From IMG/VR virus record IMGVR_UViG_3300020020_000002, positions 1-64,000 of that record: DNA of 64,000 nt; one strand, 5' to 3'. How positions within the stretch are numbered: position 1 is the first letter of the stretch; each line of letters opens with the position of its first letter. Source of the DNA: a virus. Positions 44,063-50,973 of this stretch are shown piece by piece. The position numbers and the translations under genes are program-made. The notes beneath the pieces were generated by a model. The model saw only the letters and a program-made list of their open reading frames with translations. It made no database searches and had not been told where the DNA came from.

Positions 44063-44388
44063 TGGATGTAGAGTGTGCCGTTCTTGGCGATGACGCGCTT
44101 GCCAGACGCGTTGCTGATGACTTTGGCGAGGAAGGCCCCGAACTCGATCTCGGCGCGGCGCTGGACCGATTTGGCGGCTTGGCTGCGGCCGTGCCGGTAG
44201 TCGGTGACCTTCACGTTGGCGAGGCCGAGGCGGTAGTTGACTTGGCCCTCGGTGTAGCCGGTTTCGCTGGCGATGTGCCGGGCGGCGAATCCGAGCATCC
44301 CGAGGAGGACGCAGCGGAGATCTTGGCGGTTGTCGAGGAAGTCGATTCCCCGGGTGGTCTGGCGCTTGTAGGCGGTAGGTGTGTGCAT
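44059..44388 (-). CDS. HTH DNA-binding protein (109 aa)
   Basis: Track ORF; GFAARHIASETGYTEGQVNYRL resembles a LuxR/sigma region-4 type helix-turn-helix. Confidence 0.5.
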   Translation of the reverse strand: MHTPTAYKRQTTRGIDFLDNRQDLRCVLLGMLGFAARHIASETGYTEGQVNYRLGLANVKVTDYRHGRSQAAKSVQRRAEIEFGAFLAKVISNASGKRVIAKNGTLYIQ

Positions 44389-44393
44389 GGGTT

Positions 44394-44651
44394 TTAGAAT
44401 TGGATGTGCTGCTGCTCGCCGAGGAGCAGCCTGCTGCTGCCGGTGCGCTGGCCGGTGTCCCAGCCGACGATCTTGCGGGCGACGGCGAAGGCGGTGGGCA
44501 GGTCTTTTTCGGCGCGCTCCTTGCGGATCCGGTTGGCCTCGGTGATCGCATCGGTCATCGTGCGGACTTGGAAGGTGGCGATCGGTTTCTTGATCGCGTA
44601 GACCGTGACCTGAAAGTCGCCGATCGTGTCGTTGTTGGTGATGGTGTTCAT
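44394..44651 (-). CDS. hypothetical protein (85 aa)
   Basis: Trimmed to ATG 44649-44651 (MNTITNNDTIGDFQVTVYAIKKP...); ATGA overlap. Confidence 0.6.
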   Translation of the reverse strand: MNTITNNDTIGDFQVTVYAIKKPIATFQVRTMTDAITEANRIRKERAEKDLPTAFAVARKIVGWDTGQRTGSSRLLLGEQQHIQF

Positions 44652-44857
44652 CGGAAGTTGATGAGGGCGGCGCGCTGGTCGACGGCCCGGCCGCGCAGCG
44701 CGCGGTAGCACAGGGCGTCCTTGCGGCAGGTGAACTTCTGGATCTCCTCGCCGGGGCCTTTCACGGCCCACTTGAGCGGGCGTTTATTTGGCCAGCCGCC
44801 GGGCGGCTTTTCGAGTTTGACGAGTCGGATAGTGGCGCGGACTTGGTGGTTGGGCAT
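44648..44857 (-). CDS. hypothetical protein (69 aa), paralog of 47708..47920
   Basis: Trimmed to ATG 44855-44857 (MPNHQVRATIRLVKLEKPPGGWPNKRPLKWAVKGPGEEIQKF...); 17 nt downstream of palindrome copy 5. Confidence 0.6.
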   Translation of the reverse strand: MPNHQVRATIRLVKLEKPPGGWPNKRPLKWAVKGPGEEIQKFTCRKDALCYRALRGRAVDQRAALINFR

Positions 44858-44874
44858 AAGGTCAGTCGATTTTC

Positions 44875-44899
44875 TCAACTGCGTTTAAAACGCAGTTGA
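44875..44899 (+). promoter_or_regulatory. 25-nt perfect palindrome, copy 5
   Basis: Read directly; 17 nt upstream of ATG 44857. Confidence 0.9.
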
Positions 44900-44903
44900 T
44901 TTT

Positions 44904-45110
44904 TTAGTTCCTGCCGGGCTTTGGGTTATGCGGCGGGTTGCTGTGTTTTACCGTCAATTCGCCCCCGGTTTCGCGGAAGGCCTGCTCGATCGCGACCTTG
45001 ATGACCCGGTAGCACAGGGCCTCGATGTGCGTCGCCTCGCCGGGCGGGCTCTGGATGGTGACGCCGAGGCCGCTGGGCTCCTGCTGGATGGTGATGAGGA
45101 CTTCGATCAT
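44904..45110 (-). CDS. hypothetical protein (68 aa), tandem paralog A
   Basis: Track ORF MIEVLITIQQEPSGLGVTIQSPPGEATHIEALCYRVIKVAIEQAF... Confidence 0.6.
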   Translation of the reverse strand: MIEVLITIQQEPSGLGVTIQSPPGEATHIEALCYRVIKVAIEQAFRETGGELTVKHSNPPHNPKPGRN

Positions 45111-45111
45111 G

Positions 45112-45321
45112 TCAGTTGCGTGCGGGGTTGGCTTTCATCTCCTTGGTCACTGGGATCTCGACCGGGTTGCCGCCCTGCATGGCCAGCATGACGTTCACGG
45201 CATGCGAGATCGACTGGTAGACGAGCTGCTCAAAGACCGTGGCTTGGCCCTCGGGCGACGAGAAGGTGACGTTCATCTGGCCGTCCTCGGCCTGTTCGAT
45301 GGTGATGGCGATGTGGATCAT
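45112..45321 (-). CDS. hypothetical protein (69 aa), tandem paralog B
   Basis: Trimmed to ATG 45319-45321 (MIHIAITIEQAEDGQMNVTFSSPEGQATVFEQLVYQSISHAVNVML...), clearly similar to 44904..45110. Confidence 0.6.
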   Translation of the reverse strand: MIHIAITIEQAEDGQMNVTFSSPEGQATVFEQLVYQSISHAVNVMLAMQGGNPVEIPVTKEMKANPARN

Positions 45322-45410
45322 TTCATGTCTCGGTTGATGGCGTAGCCGAAGGTGGCGAGGATCAGCATCAGGATCCACAGCACCAGTTCGCAGTCGCATT
45401 GGGCGATCAT
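45318..45410 (-). CDS. small membrane peptide (30 aa)
   Basis: Hand translation MIAQCDCELVLWILMLILATFGYAINRDMK; ATGA overlaps at both ends link the XRE gene to paralog B. Confidence 0.4.
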   Translation of the reverse strand: MIAQCDCELVLWILMLILATFGYAINRDMK

Positions 45411-45679
45411 TTGTTGGAGGTGTGGCCTGCGGCAGCGTGGCGGCGCACCATGGCGTCGCTACGGGCCTCGCTACGGCGCTTGCGCAGCCGGTCCATGGCC
45501 GTCTCGCTCTTGGTCGATTCGAGCAGCGGGATGATCCCATACTGCTCAATGCGGCTCGGTGGTTTCCCGTTCTCCCACGCCCACAGTTTGCGGGGTGAGA
45601 TGTCGAGGATCTTGGCGCACTCGGCTTGTGAGAGGCCGAGCTTCTCGCGCAGGGTTTTGATTTCTTTGGCGATGTTCAT
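45407..45679 (-). CDS. XRE-family HTH transcriptional regulator (90 aa)
   Basis: Trimmed to ATG 45677-45679; MNIAKEIKTLREKLGLSQAECAKILDISPRKLWAWENGK is a classic Cro/CI-type HTH. Confidence 0.8.
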   Translation of the reverse strand: MNIAKEIKTLREKLGLSQAECAKILDISPRKLWAWENGKPPSRIEQYGIIPLLESTKSETAMDRLRKRRSEARSDAMVRRHAAAGHTSNK

Positions 45680-45924
45680 TTGTGACGGTTGATGGTGTTG
45701 AAAGATTTGGCGATCGCGGTGCCGATCTTGGTCCTCGGCGTCCACGTGATGGTCTGCATCAGGATGACGCCCGGGTTGCTCTTCACGATGCCCTTGGCGC
45801 GGCGCTGGACGGCCGCCCACGCGCCCGAGGCGTGCTTGTGGTGCTGGCCGGTCGTCTCGTTGAGCCAGCCGGTGGCCAACTCGCGAATCGCCTCGACGCG
45901 TTTGATGATGCGGACAGTGGTCAT
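45676..45924 (-). CDS. hypothetical protein (82 aa)
   Basis: Trimmed to ATG 45922-45924 (MTTVRIIKRVEAIRELATGWLNETTG...); ATGA overlaps. Confidence 0.6.
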   Translation of the reverse strand: MTTVRIIKRVEAIRELATGWLNETTGQHHKHASGAWAAVQRRAKGIVKSNPGVILMQTITWTPRTKIGTAIAKSFNTINRHK

Positions 45925-46442
45925 TGGGCGAGGACGGTTGCGCCGAATAGCACGGCAGGCTGCGGGAGGTAGGGCTTCGAGCGCAGGCCACCCTGCGGGC
46001 ACCCGATCCACGTGACCTCGTTCTCGATCAGGATGGTCTGCCAGCGTTTCGACAGCGAGCGGTAGGCCACCGAGCGGTAGCGGCCGCCGGGATCCTCCAT
46101 CGACACCTCGTTGAGCGAGGTCGAGCCGTTGGGCATCTCGTATTCGATGAGCATGCGCAGACCATCCACGGCCAGCACGGTCGCGTCGCGGTCGCCTTGG
46201 TTGCGCTCGACAGTCAGCGGCTCGCCGACACGATACGCTTCGATCGTGTATTCGGCCGGGATCGTGCGGTGGAAGAAGAGATCGATCGCATTGTCGCTTT
46301 CCAGCACCACGCGCAGGTTGATCGGCGTAGTGGTCTTGCCGTTGGCGTCGGTCACCGGGTTGCAGGGGATGCGGTCCACCACAGTGAAGCGCGTGCCCTT
46401 CGTGTAGGTGGCCCAGTCTTTGATTAGGATGACGGTTTTCAT
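45921..46442 (-). CDS. hypothetical protein (173 aa)
   Basis: Track ORF MKTVILIKDWATYTKGTRFTVVDRIP... Confidence 0.65.
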   Translation of the reverse strand: MKTVILIKDWATYTKGTRFTVVDRIPCNPVTDANGKTTTPINLRVVLESDNAIDLFFHRTIPAEYTIEAYRVGEPLTVERNQGDRDATVLAVDGLRMLIEYEMPNGSTSLNEVSMEDPGGRYRSVAYRSLSKRWQTILIENEVTWIGCPQGGLRSKPYLPQPAVLFGATVLAQ

Positions 46443-46459
46443 AGCAGTTGTCGGTTGAA

Positions 46460-46771
46460 TTACTTGGCGACGCTGGCGGTGGGCCTGTCGACGAGGATAA
46501 CCCGGCCGTGAAAGTCGCGAGCCATCGAGGCGATGTAGCAGGTGTTGCCCGCGGCGACGTCTTTGAGCCAGATCGCCTTGGAGAGCGCGTAGACCGTGCC
46601 GTTCGGCTGGCGCTGGAGGGCTCCGTTCCAGATCCGGCCGAACTTATCGCTGAACGTGTAGTCGACGTTGTTGCGGGATTTGAAGCTGACGCGCAGCACG
46701 GTGTGCCCGGCGTCGGCGAGGGCCTTGGCGATCAGTGCTTTTGTTTCGGCGATGTTGGCGGTGTTGCTCAT
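46460..46771 (-). CDS. hypothetical protein (103 aa), MSN-type gene behind promoter cassette
   Basis: Trimmed to ATG 46769-46771 (MSNTANIAETKALIAKALADAGH...). Confidence 0.7.
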   Translation of the reverse strand: MSNTANIAETKALIAKALADAGHTVLRVSFKSRNNVDYTFSDKFGRIWNGALQRQPNGTVYALSKAIWLKDVAAGNTCYIASMARDFHGRVILVDRPTASVAK

Positions 46772-46830
46772 GTCGGTGAATGTGGTGCAAGCGGTTGCGG
46801 TATGCAAGATCTATTTCGCAAAAGTTGCGA
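46772..46830 (-). promoter_or_regulatory. promoter cassette P3 (leaderless-type)
   Basis: Minus strand: TCGCAACTTTTGCGA-8-TTGCAT-17 nt (GCAACCGCTTGC)-CACATT-7-ATGAGCAAC. Confidence 0.6.
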
Positions 46831-47046
46831 TTACTTGGTGTCAGATTCGTCGGCTGCTTTCTGCGCTCTCACGACGCGGAGATTCGCCCTCGTGGCAGCT
46901 TCGAGGATAGGGCCGTGCTTGGCGCACCACGAAAAACCGTGGCGCTTCTCGGCGCGGCGTGCGCATTGCTTGCCGGTGGTGAACATCGCGCAGCAGCGCC
47001 GGACGCCCTGTGCTTCGAGTTCCTTCCACGTGAGTGGGGTGCTCAT
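46831..47046 (-). CDS. Cys-rich protein (71 aa)
   Basis: Trimmed to ATG 47044-47046 (MSTPLTWKELEAQGVRRCCAMFTTGKQCARRAEKRHGFSWCAKHG...); ATGA overlap. Confidence 0.6.
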   Translation of the reverse strand: MSTPLTWKELEAQGVRRCCAMFTTGKQCARRAEKRHGFSWCAKHGPILEAATRANLRVVRAQKAADESDTK

Positions 47047-47378
47047 TGCGCGACCTCCCGCAGGATGGGGTGGAACCCTTTGGAGGTGACGGTGGTCACC
47101 TCGCCGAACTTGAGCGGGCTGCTGATCTCCCAGCGTTCCCACACGCACTCGCCCTTCTCGTTCTCGTCGACGCCGACGTAGAGGCGGCTCTTGAGCAGCC
47201 GGGCGGGGCGGGTGCCGCGGCCGGGGCCTTCGCCGAGCCACAGGGTGTGGGTCGCGCCGCGCTCGGCCGACCACGCGCAGGGTGCGCCTTCGCGGACCTC
47301 GTGGCGCTTGCCCCACGAGTTTTCGCGGACGATCGTGACGTTGTGCTTATCCATGGCGGTGGTGATGCGGTTGCTCAT
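47043..47378 (-). CDS. hypothetical protein (111 aa), MSN-type gene behind promoter cassette
   Basis: Trimmed to ATG 47376-47378 (MSNRITTAMDKHNVTIVRENSWGK...). Confidence 0.7.
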   Translation of the reverse strand: MSNRITTAMDKHNVTIVRENSWGKRHEVREGAPCAWSAERGATHTLWLGEGPGRGTRPARLLKSRLYVGVDENEKGECVWERWEISSPLKFGEVTTVTSKGFHPILREVAQ

Positions 47379-47436
47379 GTCGGGAAGGTGGCGCAAGCGG
47401 TTGCAGTGGTCAAACACTATTTCGCACTATTTGCGA
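47379..47436 (-). promoter_or_regulatory. promoter cassette P4 (leaderless-type)
   Basis: Minus strand: TCGCAAATAGTGCGA-8-TTGACC-17 nt (GCAACCGCTTGC)-CACCTT-6-ATGAGCAAC. Confidence 0.6.
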
Positions 47437-47695
47437 TCTGCCGGGCGTTTGCCCAGTTGATGTAGATGATGCTCGCGGCCTCGTCGCGGGTCTTGCCCAG
47501 CTTGCGCTGAGTCTTGGCGTCCTGCCAGCCGCCGTATGGCGAGCGGCTCACATAGCCGATCGTAAACTCGCTGATGTTGGTGATGTCGCGGTGCCTCCCG
47601 GGGATAATTTCGACGCTGTAGACCCCCTCGACGCCGCTCGGGCCGAAGCCGAAGCCGTAGATCTCTGCGTAGGTTTTGATGTTGATGCGTTTCAT
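47417..47695 (-). CDS. hypothetical protein (92 aa)
   Basis: Track ORF MKRINIKTYAEIYGFGFGPSGVEG...; its last codons contain the upstream inverted repeat of the next cassette. Confidence 0.65.
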   Translation of the reverse strand: MKRINIKTYAEIYGFGFGPSGVEGVYSVEIIPGRHRDITNISEFTIGYVSRSPYGGWQDAKTQRKLGKTRDEAASIIYINWANARQIANSAK

Positions 47696-47707
47696 GGTCG
47701 TGGTCGG

Positions 47708-47920
47708 TTAGGCAGTCATCGCGAACTTGCGGATCGCTTCGGTCTGCAGGCCGCTTTTGCGGCGGATCCGGCGGTAAATCTCGGAGTCGCGTTTGGTGGC
47801 GAAGAGCTGGCGCTCGCCCGCAGGTCCGACGACCTCCCAGCGCAGTGGCTTGTCGTGCCAGTCGCCCGAGAGGATGCCGTTGGGCAGTTTATTGATGATG
47901 ACGGTCGGTGTGTTGCTCAT
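47708..47920 (-). CDS. hypothetical protein (70 aa), MSN-type; paralog of 44648..44857
   Basis: Trimmed to ATG 47918-47920 (MSNTPTVIINKLPNGILSGDWHDKPLRWEVVGPAGERQLFATKRD...). Confidence 0.7.
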   Translation of the reverse strand: MSNTPTVIINKLPNGILSGDWHDKPLRWEVVGPAGERQLFATKRDSEIYRRIRRKSGLQTEAIRKFAMTA

Positions 47921-47979
47921 ACGGTGAAGGTGGCGCAAGCGGTTGCAGTGGTCAAATACTTTCTCGCATTATTTGCGAG
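47921..47979 (-). promoter_or_regulatory. promoter cassette P5 (leaderless-type)
   Basis: Minus strand: CTCGCAAATAATGCGAG-7-TTGACC-17 nt (GCAACCGCTTGC)-CACCTT-6-ATGAGCAAC; the stop codon of the upstream gene lies in the loop of the inverted repeat. Confidence 0.6.
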
Positions 47980-48241
47980 GCATCTTTGAGTGCCGCCAGC
48001 CCATCCACGCGTGACGCTTCTTGGCCTGCTTGGCGATCGCGGGCGCGCAGTCCTTGCAGTCGCAGCGCATGACCTGCTCGCGGTAGGCCTGCGCCCGGGT
48101 GGGCTCGTGGATCGCGTGCACCGGGCCGTCAGGATCGCTGGCGCACTTGTAGCCGGGCTTGAGCAGGATCCAGTAGCCGTCGTCGCCTTCGGTCCACTGC
48201 TCCTTGATGTGCCGGGCGTGGAGTTTGATCGGGTTACTCAT
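47969..48241 (-). CDS. Cys-rich protein (90 aa)
   Basis: ATG 48239-48241 (MSNPIKLHARHIKEQWTEGDDGYW...CDCKDC) in ATGA overlap with upstream stop; ATG at 48256 is an alternative start. Confidence 0.6.
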   Translation of the reverse strand: MSNPIKLHARHIKEQWTEGDDGYWILLKPGYKCASDPDGPVHAIHEPTRAQAYREQVMRCDCKDCAPAIAKQAKKRHAWMGWRHSKMPRK

Positions 48242-48456
48242 TGGATCTCGGGCCATGAGGCGCGTTTTTCTGCCACGGCTGCGGCCATGTAGCAGATCGG
48301 CTCGACGCCCAGTTCCTTCAGCGCCTCGCAGTAGCGCCGGTGGGCGGTGATGAGCGACTGGTGCTCGACGGATCCTTCGTCTTTCCTCGGCCAGTAGTGG
48401 AGGTCGGAGGCGGCTCGCTGTTGCGCGAGCTGCAGGGCTCGGGTGACGTGTTTCAC
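48238..48456 (-). CDS. hypothetical protein (72 aa, GTG start)
   Basis: Track ORF 48238..48510 trimmed to GTG 48454-48456, which overlaps the upstream TGA (GTGA); VKHVTRALQLAQQRAASDLHYWPRKDEG... Confidence 0.5.
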   Translation of the reverse strand: MKHVTRALQLAQQRAASDLHYWPRKDEGSVEHQSLITAHRRYCEALKELGVEPICYMAAAVAEKRASWPEIQ

Positions 48457-48638
48457 TTGGCGGCAATGTCGGGTTTGGGCTTGGGATCGACCGAGTCGAC
48501 GACGCTCCACGACTCGATGTAAGCGCGCGAATCGCTTTGGTTGGCGACTTTCTTGGCTCTGCGGCGCGCACCCTCGATGGTGCTGCTTGTGGCGACGATC
48601 TCGCCGAGGACGGTGATGCGGTATTCTGGCATTTTCAT
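48453..48638 (-). CDS. hypothetical protein (61 aa)
   Basis: Trimmed to ATG 48636-48638 (MKMPEYRITVLGEIVATSSTIEGARRRAKK...). Confidence 0.6.
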   Translation of the reverse strand: MKMPEYRITVLGEIVATSSTIEGARRRAKKVANQSDSRAYIESWSVVDSVDPKPKPDIAAK

Positions 48639-48898
48639 GGTGTTGGTTTTGGTGAGTTGAGGTTGGTTTTGGTGCGGGTGATCTTGTGGTAGTAGCGGCC
48701 GTCGTCGCCGAGGATGATCGACAGCTCGTCGCGTGGGACCATCTGCTCGGTGAGCCATTTGATCGTGCTGCGGAACATGCGCTCCTGCGAGGGTGACATG
48801 GCCTTGTAGCTCGGGCGGTAGCCCAGTGGTGGTTCGTATTTGGTGCTCATTGTGTCAGGATTTATCCACTCGAATCGCGCCCATGATTCGATAGTCAT
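48635..48898 (-). CDS. hypothetical protein (87 aa)
   Basis: Trimmed to ATG 48896-48898 (MTIESWARFEWINPDTMSTKYEPPLGYRP...); ATGA overlap. Confidence 0.6.
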   Translation of the reverse strand: MTIESWARFEWINPDTMSTKYEPPLGYRPSYKAMSPSQERMFRSTIKWLTEQMVPRDELSIILGDDGRYYHKITRTKTNLNSPKPTP

Positions 48899-49110
48899 TT
48901 GCGCTCGGTGATGATGTAGGTGTCGCGGCCTGCGCGCTGCAGAATGTAGGTTTTTGGTGGCGGTGGTTTCTGGATCTCCTCGATCGTCTCGTTGGCCCAC
49001 TTGGTGACCGCAGGTGCGGCTTTAGTGAGGCCTTGGGCGATGAGGACCATGACACCGATGATAAGGTATCCGACGACGATCCCGGCGAGGATCACGAGGG
49101 CGTCCTTCAT
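48895..49110 (-). CDS. membrane protein (71 aa)
   Basis: Trimmed to ATG 49108-49110 (MKDALVILAGIVVGYLIIGVMVLIAQGL...); ATGA overlap. Confidence 0.6.
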   Translation of the reverse strand: MKDALVILAGIVVGYLIIGVMVLIAQGLTKAAPAVTKWANETIEEIQKPPPPKTYILQRAGRDTYIITERK

Positions 49111-49391
49111 GCCGCTACCTCCACGAGCTTGGCCCGCAGTTTGGCGAGCGTGTCGCCATAGATTACCTTGTCGTTGACCACTGCGGCCCAGCCCTGCGCC
49201 TTGAAATAGTTGTGGTGACGCCCGAGAACCACCGCCCAAGTGTATTCAAAGATCTTCACGGCGATGACGTCGCCGATCAGGCGCTCGCCGCGCAGATCAA
49301 AACCGAGCCGCGCGAGGCGCGGGTGCTTGACGCCTAGCGCGGCGCGGTAGGCGATCTCGTGCTCGAAGTCGCGGATCTTGAGAAGTGGCAT
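49107..49391 (-). CDS. hypothetical protein (94 aa)
   Basis: Trimmed to ATG 49389-49391 (MPLLKIRDFEHEIAYRAALGVKHPRL...). Confidence 0.6.
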   Translation of the reverse strand: MPLLKIRDFEHEIAYRAALGVKHPRLARLGFDLRGERLIGDVIAVKIFEYTWAVVLGRHHNYFKAQGWAAVVNDKVIYGDTLAKLRAKLVEVAA

Positions 49392-49417
49392 GGTCGTGGT
49401 GAAGTTGAGGTGGCGAT

Positions 49418-50041
49418 TTAGATTTTCCCGGCGATCGCCTTGATGGCGTCCTTGAATCCGCCTTCGCCCTTCAGCTCGGCGGTCACCTTGCGGCTCGCCT
49501 CGTCCCAGCGGATCGCGCGCCATTCGGTGATGATGCGGGCCTTCTTGAAGCGGTCGGTAGGCTTGTGGCGGAAGGTGGACACGTAGAGGTGTAGGTTCCC
49601 GCTTTGGTAGTGGCGCTCGGTGCCGCTCTTGCGGCCCGTGCGGCTGTCACTGACCTTGGTGAACTTCTCGACCGGAGCGGCCGCGCCGCCGTTGTTGCAG
49701 ATCAGGCGAACGGTGGTCGTCGTGACGACTTCGTTCGGGGCCGGGACCACCGCCAGCTTGCCCGTGCCGTGGCAGCGGGAGCAGCAGTGTGAGTCGGGAT
49801 CGGAGCGGCGAACCGAGCGGGAGAAGTCGCGGCTGAATGCGCCCAGTCCGTCGCAGTCTTCGCATTCGGTCACTGGCGCGTCCACCACTTCGATCTCGAC
49901 CTCACAGGACCACGAGTGGCGGAAGTCTTCGGCTTTGGTGCCGGGGCGAAGGGCGAGGGCCTCGGCGGCTGTCTTGGCCTCGAAGGCCCGGCCGTTGAAG
50001 TAGAGGCCGGTGCTGGTCGCTTTTGCGTAGGTGTTGCTCAT
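49418..50041 (-). CDS. protein with DnaJ-type CxxCxGxG zinc-finger pair (207 aa), MSN-type
   Basis: Trimmed to ATG 50039-50041 (MSNTYAKATSTGLYFNG...); CEDCDGLG ... CSRCHGTG; promoter cassette upstream. Confidence 0.65.
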   Translation of the reverse strand: MSNTYAKATSTGLYFNGRAFEAKTAAEALALRPGTKAEDFRHSWSCEVEIEVVDAPVTECEDCDGLGAFSRDFSRSVRRSDPDSHCCSRCHGTGKLAVVPAPNEVVTTTTVRLICNNGGAAAPVEKFTKVSDSRTGRKSGTERHYQSGNLHLYVSTFRHKPTDRFKKARIITEWRAIRWDEASRKVTAELKGEGGFKDAIKAIAGKI

Positions 50042-50099
50042 GGGGTGACCTTGGCGCAACCGCTTGCCCCTGTCAACACCCATGTCGCATTTTCTGCGA
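50042..50099 (-). promoter_or_regulatory. promoter cassette P6 (leaderless-type)
   Basis: Minus strand: TCGCAGAAAATGCGA-8-TTGACA-17 nt (GCAAGCGGTTGC)-CAAGGT-6-ATGAGCAAC. Confidence 0.6.
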
Positions 50100-50100
50100 A

Positions 50101-50337
50101 TTATTTTCGGGTGACCTCGATCACCACGTGCGGCTCGTAGTAGCTGGGCGGGTTCGGCACGAAGAGCACGCGCAGGCGCTTATCACCCTTGTAGGCCTTG
50201 CGTGCCACGGCCACGAGTGCGGCCTCGGCCGTCGGGTAGCGGCGCGTGATCGTCTGCCAGTGGTGCCGATACGCCTGCCTGCGCTGGCCGATGTAGCGGC
50301 CGGGCGTCCGTAGGATGTGGATCGTCGGCTCGATCAT
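50101..50337 (-). CDS. hypothetical protein (78 aa)
   Basis: Trimmed to ATG 50335-50337 (MIEPTIHILRTPGRYIGQRRQAYRHHW...); ATGA overlap. Confidence 0.6.
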   Translation of the reverse strand: MIEPTIHILRTPGRYIGQRRQAYRHHWQTITRRYPTAEAALVAVARKAYKGDKRLRVLFVPNPPSYYEPHVVIEVTRK

Positions 50338-50513
50338 TTGCGTGGTCTTCGGAAAAGCATCGTCGTCTTGTAGCCGAGCGCATCCTCTTTGATGACCATG
50401 CACGGCTCCCATTCATCGAGTGATAGCTCGTTCACTTTCTGGATCCCGCTGCCGTTGCGGTTGAGGAAGTCGAGCGCGGGCTCAAGCCGGTATTCCCAAA
50501 TGATCGTGTTCAT
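50334..50513 (-). CDS. hypothetical protein (59 aa, below track cutoff)
   Basis: Hand translation MNTIIWEYRLEPALDFLNRNGSGIQKVNELSLDEWEPCMVIKEDALGYKTTMLFRRPRK; ATGA overlap downstream. Confidence 0.5.
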   Translation of the reverse strand: MNTIIWEYRLEPALDFLNRNGSGIQKVNELSLDEWEPCMVIKEDALGYKTTMLFRRPRK

Positions 50514-50973
50514 AGTCAGGGGCGTGGAATGCTTGCAGAATCACGGCGCGATCGGCGACCGCGGTGGATGAGATGATGAGGTTAATCATCCAGTCGTGGA
50601 CCTGCTCCTTGGTGATCTCGTAGAACTTCGCCCGGGGCATCTCCTTCGCATCGAAGACGAGGAAGCGATGGAAGCGTCTGAGCCCTTTCATGAACGCGTC
50701 GAAGCTGAAGTTGCGGCCGACTCCCTTCGCGGCCGACTCGCTGAAGGCCACGTGATCGGTCAGCACGCGCAGCTTGTAGATCACGCCCGCGCGCCGGAAT
50801 AAGTGCCCTGAGAGGTTCGGGAGTTTTTGGAACCCGTGGCAGGCTAGGTAGTCGCCTGCATACATGATCGCCTTGCGGCCGTCTTCGCGCATCGAGATGT
50901 ATTCGTCGATCGTGATGCCGAGGCCCCGGGCTGCCTCGCTCGGGTCCACGTCCATGGTGGCGATCGGGATCAT
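50482..50973 (-). CDS. hypothetical protein (163 aa)
   Basis: Trimmed to ATG 50971-50973 (MIPIATMDVDPSEAARGLGITIDEYISMRE...); ATGA overlap. Confidence 0.6.
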   Translation of the reverse strand: MIPIATMDVDPSEAARGLGITIDEYISMREDGRKAIMYAGDYLACHGFQKLPNLSGHLFRRAGVIYKLRVLTDHVAFSESAAKGVGRNFSFDAFMKGLRRFHRFLVFDAKEMPRAKFYEITKEQVHDWMINLIISSTAVADRAVILQAFHAPDYEHDHLGIPA

